From Eledone cirrhosa (Eukaryota), in assembly GCA_964016885.1 (NCBI GenBank), contig OZ024742.1:177134001-177198000 (forward strand): 64,000 bases of DNA, in the 5' to 3' direction. A model generated the notes under the pieces. That model was not told where the DNA came from. It worked only from the letters and a program-made list of their open reading frames with translations, and did no database searches. Positions 55,372 to 64,000 of this stretch are shown here, in pieces. Within the stretch, counting starts at the first letter, position 1; each line of letters opens with the position of its first letter. The translations under genes and the position numbers were made by a program.

Positions 55372-56065
55372 AGTATGTATGCATTTATATGAAGATTATA
55401 TATATGAGTGTATGTGGGCGTCTGTACGAGAAACGCACGTATGCATATGTATTATTGCTGTTTTAGTTGAGGATGTGGGGGACATGTCTCTTAATATAGC
55501 CCATTACGTTTAACGTGTAAACAATGTTTTTCCTTTCAATTTGTTATCCAAATGGTAAAGTTGTTAGTAAAGATTGCAGTCACATTTCTAAACGTTTGAA
55601 TAAATATCAGGTGATAGCTATCAACAGCTTGCCATCGTGAAATCTATTCCAATTTATCGCAACGCCTAGACGGATGTGGAGTCGGAATACGTCTTCAAAT
55701 GGCGCCATCTTGGAACAAGTAAACGTGATTTTGACACTTATAAGACTATTTGTTAGTTGTTCAGATTGGCGTTCCATATTTTCTGTTGTCCACGATAATC
55801 AATCATTGGTTGAAAATGTAATGATTGTTTATATCATCTTGCTGAGTTGTTTGTAGTTCACGTTCCTTGTTTTCTACTTATAGTTCACTTCAGTGTTTAT
55901 TGTTGTTGTTTTTCGACTATCTTATATATTTATCTAATGTTTTATGTTTATTTTCTGCAGTCTTTCTCTCTATGTTTTCCTATTTCTGTTTATTGATAGG
56001 ATATATTGACACAGTAGAACATGCCGGACAGAAGAGGTAGAAGAAAGAACGACATTTACGTGATG

Positions 56066-56156
<91 letters not shown>

Positions 56157-56198
56157 ATATGCAATATATATATATGTATATATATATATATGCATACT

Positions 56199-56250
<52 letters not shown>

Positions 56251-56542
56251 GATACACACACACACGCATACATATATATATATAAATAAATAATATATAT
56301 ATTGAGTAGAATAATTATAAGTAAACTCATTTTGTTGGGTTTCTTATTTTCCATTAAAGAATTTTTTCTCTCCAGATGTTTTTTTATTTTCCTGACACTA
56401 TTGTGTGTGGAAACATATATGCCCAAACACACGCACGCGCGCACACACACGCACACACACGCACACGCACACACACACGCACACACACAAACATTCATTC
56501 ACACACATATATATATACACACACACGTATATATATATATAT

Positions 56543-56707
<165 letters not shown>

Positions 56708-56738
56708 GATATATATATATCTATATATGTATGTATAT

Positions 56739-56805
<67 letters not shown>

Positions 56806-56806
56806 T

Positions 56807-56975
56807 ATTGTTATATTTGGAAGGGTCATGTTGCCAATAAGAAACAAACGCACCAGTTGCTTTCACTTCAATTTATTATAATAAATTTATAAATTTTCTT
56901 ATAATAAATTGAAGTGAAACAACTGGTGCGTGTGTTTCGTATTGGCAACATGACCCTCCCAAAGTATAACAATAT
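56807..56975. mobile_element. family B hairpin element
   Basis: ATTGTTATATTTGGAAGGGTCATGTTGCCAATA...TATTGGCAACATGACCCTCCCAAAGTATAACAAT, about 75-bp inverted arms. Confidence 0.85.
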
Positions 56976-57079
56976 CGGTTTCAACACACCTTTTCAGATA
57001 AAGAATCATGCCAAACAAATTCAGAAACGAAATATATAAATATATATATATATATAGTAATAATAATAAATGTGAAGAC

Positions 57080-57220
<141 letters not shown>

Positions 57221-57696
57221 GTCCACAAATATATTCAATAAACTGTTCAATTTCGCCACGATCTCTATATTCCATTTATATATGCTCCTTCATATAAATG
57301 AATACAACCGCCAGAGATATCTTGATCCACTAGAGATATACTAAACATCTCATTCATATCACATGAAATCTTATTAGAAAATAGATAACACACTGGATAA
57401 TGTGGATAATGTAACGATACTTATAGATACAGGGTTTAGCAGAAGTAGCATATCGAAAAGTTCGTAAACATATACAGAGCTTAACAGAAGCGACATGTCA
57501 AACATTTCGTAAACAGATCCTATGTTTTTTAATCACCAGCGTAAAAGAGTTGAACTATATATCGACAATATTCCGGAGACAGGTATTGATGAAACCCTGC
57601 TTTCTGGCTTGTGCATTAATTTATGTTCTCTGTTTATTTCATCTTACCATACACGTCCTCTGGTATAAATACGCAAACTCACTGTTTCGAACATTC

Positions 57697-57728
<32 letters not shown>

Positions 57729-57731
<3 letters not shown>

Positions 57732-59590
57732 AAACGCACAAAGGTGGAGCAATCATCATCACGGACAAAAACCCCTATAAGCTCCTAGAACAGTTGAATA
57801 ACGAGGACTTTTACAGAAAAATCAGCACAAACGAAGGAAGAAAATCGATGAGTAATGGAGGCAAACTGACGAGCAAGTACCAAAACAACCTCACACTAAA
57901 GGAAATCAATTACTTAACCAGCTTAGAAATGAAAACCTGCAATGTTTATGGTTTACCGAAGGTTCACAAATCCAGAGAAATCCAAAACAACATAAAAGGC
58001 AAAAATACATCATATGTTGAAGTACCAAAACCGTCAGATTTAAAATTACGCCCAATTGTTGCCGGTCCAGCCTCAAGCACACAATGTCTAAGCAACCTAT
58101 TTGACATCATACTGAAACCGTTATGTAAAAAAGTACCAAGCTTCATCATAGATGATATGGAATTCCTGAACTATATCCCCCAGAAAGTACACCATGAAAC
58201 AATCTTAGTCAGCTTTGACGTAACAAGCTTATATACTAACATCCCACACGACTTAGGAGTTGAAGCTGTTGACTTCTGGATTACAAAACATCCAGACTAC
58301 ATTTCAGAGAGATTCCCTCAAAATATTATTGTGGAAGGACTCAAACTAGTACTGGAGAAGAACCACTTCCTTTTTGATAACGAACTATATTTACAAATAA
58401 AAAGAACAGCCATGGGTACCAAAGTGGCCCCAACATATGCAACACTCGTTATGGGCCACCTCGAGGCAAAATTACATTCCAAACTGCCGAAAACATTCAG
58501 TCATGACTTCGCCACCTACATTAATCACAACTGGAAACGCTACCTAGACGACTCCTTCATCTTCTGGAATAGAAGCCAAGAAGACCTTCAAAGACCCCAT
58601 TCCATCATAAACAAGAAATTCCATCATTCACGCAGAAATAAAATTCACCATGGAATGTAATAAAAGTGAACTACCGTTTCTGGATATCCTTGTCATTAAG
58701 GAAGGGGAAAATATCAAAACGGACTTATTTTACAAACCAACAGACGCACACCAATACTTTAATTTCCGTTCAGCACACCCATCACATACCAAAAGGAACA
58801 TTCCTTTTAACATGGCAAGACGCATCTGCACCATAGTAACACACCCCACACCACAGGAAAAAAGATTATATGAATTAAGAGCTCCTTAAGAGACAAGAAT
58901 ATCCCAAAAGCCGCCAAACAATATCTCCCGATTCTCCAGCAGTCCCTTAAATGAATGCACTCATAAAAGACGCACAAATTATATGATAGTAGACGCCAAT
59001 CACCCAATCTAAAGAAACTGCTTACCAAGGCAAAATTTACGTCTAATAATGAAGGAATGCAAGTTAAGAAATGCGGGGACCCTCGATGCGGAACTTGCGA
59101 ACTCATTGAAGAGGATGGACAAATCTCCTTTAAAAACAACCAGTCTTTCACAGTTAATGCAAACATGAATTGCAAAACAAAAAACTTGATTTACTGTGCA
59201 ACCTGCCCACAATGTAAAGAATACTACATTGGTGAAACCGGAACGGTTCTACGTAACAGAGTTTGAGTACATAAACAACAAATTAGAGACCCCTCTGTCA
59301 GAAACACCACATTCGGTGAACACTTCGCAACATGTCGGAAGGGAAATTTCACGATTTTCCCTTCAAGATATGGTCGGACAACGAATACTTTCGAAAATAT
59401 AAAGAAGAATTATTTATTAGAAAATACAAAACACTACTGAACACAAAAATATGATATTCCATCTTTAAGCAACGGGATTCTCCCCCACTCTTTTCTTTTA
59501 AAAAATCTCATATTGAAAATGAAAAATAGTTGATGACACCCGTACTTTCAAACATTCGATCGCTGAAGAGAAGAAAAACCCTCAGAGGTA
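57729..59590 (+). mobile_element. decayed Penelope-like retroelement (RT + GIY-YIG, Neptune-type)
   Basis: KGGAIII, YGLPKVHKS, RPIVAGP, LVSFDVTSLYTNIPH, TAMGTKVAPTYA, WKRYLDD, LPFLDILV, YKPTDAHQY, SAHP, KCGDPRCGTC, NLIYCATCPQCKEYYIGETG. Several frameshifts; starts flush after (TA)n. Confidence 0.95.
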
Positions 59591-59997
59591 CAATAACATT
59601 TCATTAATTTCCGCTTCACCACACCAATGTATATATGAACTTAAACACTTGCGTAGATGTGTGTATATGTATGTATAGATGTGTTTTTTATATATGTGTC
59701 TGTATGTATACAGATATACGTGTACATGTTTTTGTGTATGTGTGCATATGTGTTTGTGTATATGTATATATATGTGTGCATGTATGCACGTGCGTACGTG
59801 TGAGATAGATGTGTCTATATATATGTATGTGTACGTGTATATGTATGTGTGGATATGTATATACAATATTTATATGTATATATATATATATGCGTAGAGT
59901 ATATATATCTGTATATGTAAAATATATATATGTAGGAGGTATAAAATGTGTATATATGGAATATATGTGTATATAAAATGTGTGGAATATATATATG

Positions 59998-60051
<54 letters not shown>

Positions 60052-60397
60052 GGTGTGTATATGTGTATATGCGGGTATGTATATATATGAATATATATGT
60101 GTGTGTGAATATAAAATGTAGGAACGGTGTATGTGCAAAATAATATATATATTTGGTGTGTATAGGATATATATATATGTATGTAGAAAAAATGTGTGTG
60201 TATATGTGGTGTGTGTATATATATATGTGTGTATAGGTATAGTATATATATATATAGTATGTGTATATATGTGTATAAAATATATATAAAATGTATGTGT
60301 GTGTGTATATATGTGTGTGTATGTATGTATGTGTGTGTATGTATGTGTATGTGTATATATATGTATGTATATACATATATATATATATTTATATATA

Positions 60398-60619
60398 TAA
60401 CGAAGGAAATGTGGTAAGGAACCAGATGGACCATAACGCACCAAAGAACTCAATACTTAGGGTAGTAGAGTGGGTAATAGGAACGAGTAGGTCCCCGACG
60501 GCTGAGCTCAAGCCGTTTCGACGGCTAATTCTGGACTAAAGGAAAACATTTTCATTTAGTCCAGAATTAGCCGTCGAAACGGCTTGAGCTCAGCCGTCGG
60601 GGTCCTACTCGTTCCTATT
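60398..60619 (-). mobile_element. family F hairpin element
   Basis: Long arm 60398-60540 is the reverse complement of 48299-48440; the short arm 60556-60619 folds back on it. Confidence 0.9.
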
Positions 60620-60636
60620 TATATATATATATATAT

Positions 60637-61057
60637 CAACTCTGGATGTCGGTGAGCATCTCCAGCCAACCTCAGTCTCCTCTGTGTCACTTTTGAGCTG
60701 ACTTTTGGGATGCTCCCATACAGCTCTGAGTTTTTCATCCTCAGTGTATACTGATTAACGTTCAGAGCCATCCTCAGCATTCTCGTGTAGCACCCATCCA
60801 CCATCTGAGTGAGTCTCTTGGTCAGTGTCCAAGTCTCAGACCCATACAGCAGCACAGACTCCACTACAGCAATGAAGAGGCTGATTTTCAGGTCCCTACA
60901 TGGACACACTAGAAGAGGAAGACCAAGGTTAACATATGTTGATGCCCTAAGGACAGACACTGGTCTGTTGGAGATGCAGGATATGGCAGCGATAATGAGG
61001 GACAGAGACCGCTGGAGAGAACTCGTCCATGGATCTCGGGAATTTTACCCGCCTTAG
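60637..61057. mobile_element. RTE-group LINE 3' fragment with 5' inversion
   Basis: Minus 60637-60895: FIAVVESVLLYGSETWTLTK..DGCYTRMLRMALNV..RRLRLAGDAHRHPEL. Plus 60895-61057: HGHTRRGRPRLTYVDALRTDTG..MRDRDRWR. These are consecutive parts of one RTE C-terminus in opposite orientations. Confidence 0.9.
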
Positions 61058-61090
<33 letters not shown>

Positions 61091-61457
61091 TAATAGATTA
61101 AAGTTTAAGCAAAGAATCGCTGCTTTCACCCTTAACGGGATCGTCTTTATATATATATAAACCTAGCGGAGATATTGTAGATATATGATGTATGTTATAT
61201 GGTATATATTATATGTATAATGTGTTATGTATGATGTCGACGCCGCTGTCCAGGTTAGTCAAATTGTTCTTAAGTTCAGTCTTTTTTCGTGGCTATGGTC
61301 ACTGAGGCCCTTCTTTCGGTCGCTGTCTTCATTTTGCAAAGCTGTCTAAACGTAATGTTATAACTCTAGGGTTATATACCCTATCCGAGTGCTTAGCTGC
61401 ACACCGAAACCGCATTCGTTAGCTTGGCTGCAACCAGGGATTTGTTGATGCTGTACT

Positions 61458-61504
<47 letters not shown>

Positions 61505-62862
61505 CTGAAAATTAGCGAGAATCGAATTTCAGCTCAGAAATTAACCCAAAACACTTCCGTGTTGTGTGGCAAGCGCTCGATAATTCATATGAATTAGAGC
61601 TACAACTTACGTTAAAGGCCAAACACACTGAGATGGTGGTTAAACTAATCATCCGCACAGCGAAAAAACGACCAATTAATTTGGGTCAAGCAGATATAAC
61701 AATATAAAAATATATAAAAATATATATGGTTGAAAATTTACCCGGACCCCTGGAGAGATGGTAAAATCCAGTATTTGGGTTTCTGCGGCTCCATAAGTCA
61801 TTTACTGTCCGCTTACATAAAGGATGTTAGGCTTCTAGTAGGATGACCGAACTAGGAAGACGCGTTGTCAACGTGATTCAGCTCGATATTCTATACAAGT
61901 ATGTCTGTTACTGACCCCACGTGGAGTTCAGCAAGGGAGACAACATTTATATTAGGCGAATGAATTCAGTTGTATATAATATATAGCGGAAAATGCAAAA
62001 TGTCACAAATCGAATAAAGCTCTCGAAAGTGTGGTTAAATATAACAAAACTATTCAATAGTCAATAGAATAAACCAAAAAAAATCGATAAAATTAACCGC
62101 CCAATAACTGGATTCTGGAGATTAATACAAGTAAAAATTAGCGAGAATCGTATTTCAGCTCAGGAATTAACGAAACACACTTCCGAGTTGTGTGGCAAGC
62201 GCTCGATAATTCATATGAATTTGAGCTACAACTTACGTTAAAGGCCAAACACACTGAGATGGTGGTTAAATTAATCATCCGCACAGCGAAAAAACGACCA
62301 ATTAATTCGGGTCAAGCAGATGTAAAAATATAAAAATATATGAAAATATATATGGTTGAAAATTTACCCGGACCCCTGGAGAGATGGTAAAATCCAGTAT
62401 TTGGGTTTCTGCGGCTCCATAAGTCATTTACTGTCCGCTTACATAAAGTATGTTAGGCTTCTAGTACGATGACCGAAATAGGTAGACGCGTTGTCAACGG
62501 GATTCAGCTCGATAGTCTATACAAGTATGTCTGTTACTGACCCCACGTGGAGTTCAGCATGGGAGGCAACACTTATATTAGGAGAATGAATTCAGTTGTG
62601 TATAATATTGCGAACATGCAAAATATCACAAATCGAATAAAGCTCTCGACGGAGTGGTTAAATATAACAAAGCTATTCAACAGTCAATAGAATAAATTAA
62701 AAAAAATCGATAAAATTAACTGGCCAGTAGCTGGACTCTGGAGATTAATGCAAGTAAAAATTAGCGAGAATCGATTTTCCGCTCAGGAATTAACGAAAAG
62801 CACTTCCGAGTTGTGTGGCAAGCGCTCGATAATTCATATGAATTAGAGCTACAACTTACGCT
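61505..62862. repeat. non-coding tandem array, about 625-bp unit, 2.2 copies
   Basis: TTAGCGAGAATCG at 61512, 62138 and 62761 (periods 626 and 623). Copies are highly similar; TA-flanked on both sides. Confidence 0.95.
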
Positions 62863-63147
62863 ATATATATATATATATATAAACGGAAAAAATGAAACGA
62901 AATTTCATTTCCCACTCTTAGTACGGCTGTTACTTAAATATAAGTATGTACACGTACATACATATATGTATACAGACGTACAGTAGTATGTATATATATA
63001 TATACATACATGCACACATATATATATGTACGTAGAGATTCACCGAGCATTTATTATAATGCTCGGTGTGTTTGTAAACAAACATCCCGTATTAAGCCGT
63101 AGTTTCCCGCAACCATCGTTGCACGTTTGTTCAACACTGACAAAGGA

Positions 63148-63190
63148 ACGCTCTACTAGTTTCAAGCTCATTAGCTATCGTCAGCAACGT
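63148..63190 (-). ncRNA. minimal type I hammerhead ribozyme
   Basis: ACGUUG-CUGACGA-U-AGCU-aaug-AGCU-U-GAAA-CUAG-UA-gAGCGU; the first stem I pair is mismatched. Confidence 0.8.
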
Positions 63191-63575
63191 ATACCTTCCT
63201 GCCAGATTGTTGAACGTATATACTTACCTGATGCCTATTAACGGCTGAGTAGCCCAATTTGCATATCGAGTGGGTTAATCGGCCGCGTGCACCGAAAATG
63301 ATAAACGGAAAAAATGAAACGAAATTTCATTTCCCACTCTAAGTACGGCTGTTACTTAAATATAAGTATGTACACGTACATACATATATGTATACAGACG
63401 TACAGTAGTATGTATATATATATATATATATACATACATGTACACATATATATATGTACGTATGGATTCACCGAACATTTATTATAATGCTCGGTGTGTT
63501 TGTAAACAAACATCCTGTATTAAGCCGTAGTGTCCAGCAACCATCGTAGCTCGTTTGTTCAACACTGACAAAGGA

Positions 63576-63618
63576 ACGCTGTACTAGTTTCAAGCTTATT
63601 AGCTATCGTCAGCAACGT
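63576..63618 (-). ncRNA. minimal type I hammerhead ribozyme
   Basis: ACGUUG-CUGACGA-U-AGCU-aaua-AGCU-U-GAAA-CUAG-UA-CAGCGU. 6-bp stem I, 4-bp stem II, palindromic stem III ACUAGU, GUA triplet. Confidence 0.88.
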
Positions 63619-63809
63619 ATACCTTATACCGTATACCAGCTTACATACTTATATTTAAGTAACAGCCGTACTAAGAGAGGCAAATGAAATGTTGTTTCAT
63701 TTTTTCCGTATATCGTTTTCGGTGCACCCGTCCGATTAACCCGCTCGATATGCAAATTGGGCTACTCATCCGTTAATATGCATACTTATATATTTATATA
63801 TATATATAT

Positions 63810-64000
63810 AAATAACAGATTACAGTTTAAGTAAAGAATCGCTGCATTCACCTTTAACGGGATCTCCTGAACCTAAAAATATTTATCTGTGAACGCAGAA
63901 GTAAATATTTCAAAAAACGTTGCAACCGAAGGAAGACAGGAAGACGATACTTTGGTTCGTAGAAACGTCATTATGTGAAGCGGTGAGAAAAATTACACGT
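63810..64000 (-). mobile_element. family E element (runs off the window end)
   Basis: Reverse complement of about 15410-15565 (AAAGAATCGCTGC.TTCACC.TTAACGGGATCT...GGAAGACGATACTTTGGTTCGT). Confidence 0.85.

Larger units (their letters stand above)
62881..63785 (-). mobile_element. tandem (428-bp period) plus inverted non-coding element with two hammerheads; retrozyme/pLTR-like
   Basis: 62881-63195 is repeated at 63304-63625; 63640-63785 is the inverted copy of 63230-63372. Confidence 0.9.

Noticed and set aside
59560-59590. CTGAAGAG...CTC after the Neptune-type ORF
   Set aside because: No GAAA follows; at best a truncated remnant.

Overview
Eukaryotic, very AT-rich, microsatellite-saturated intronic/intergenic DNA. 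The repeat complement (tRNA-derived SINEs, many (TA)n/(CA)n tracts, several Penelope-like lineages) is most consistent with an octopus/cephalopod genome; this is an inference. No intact protein-coding gene was found. Most entries in the ORF track are translations of simple repeats, and the recognisable coding remnants are all transposon fossils: five Penelope-like (RT and/or GIY-YIG) copies from four distinct lineages, a Tx1/L1-like LINE, two RTE LINE pieces (one with a twin-priming-type inversion), a CR1-like 3' end and a mariner N-terminus. Non-coding mobile elements include a non-autonomous Helitron, a hAT MITE and over a dozen SINE copies. One candidate host exon lies at 53460-53545 (-). 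The main unexpected signal is about 14 type I hammerhead-ribozyme motifs found by eye. They sit at the 3' ends of the Penelope fossils and inside several unrelated, non-coding, tandem or fold-back elements inserted in (TA)n tracts. Two of these elements have a hammerhead in each tandem copy, predicting 428-nt and 524-nt self-excised monomers (retrozyme-like). Eight element ends also share a GAGTGC-like motif 45-70 bp from the terminus. All structures were read manually and boundaries are approximate to a few bp.
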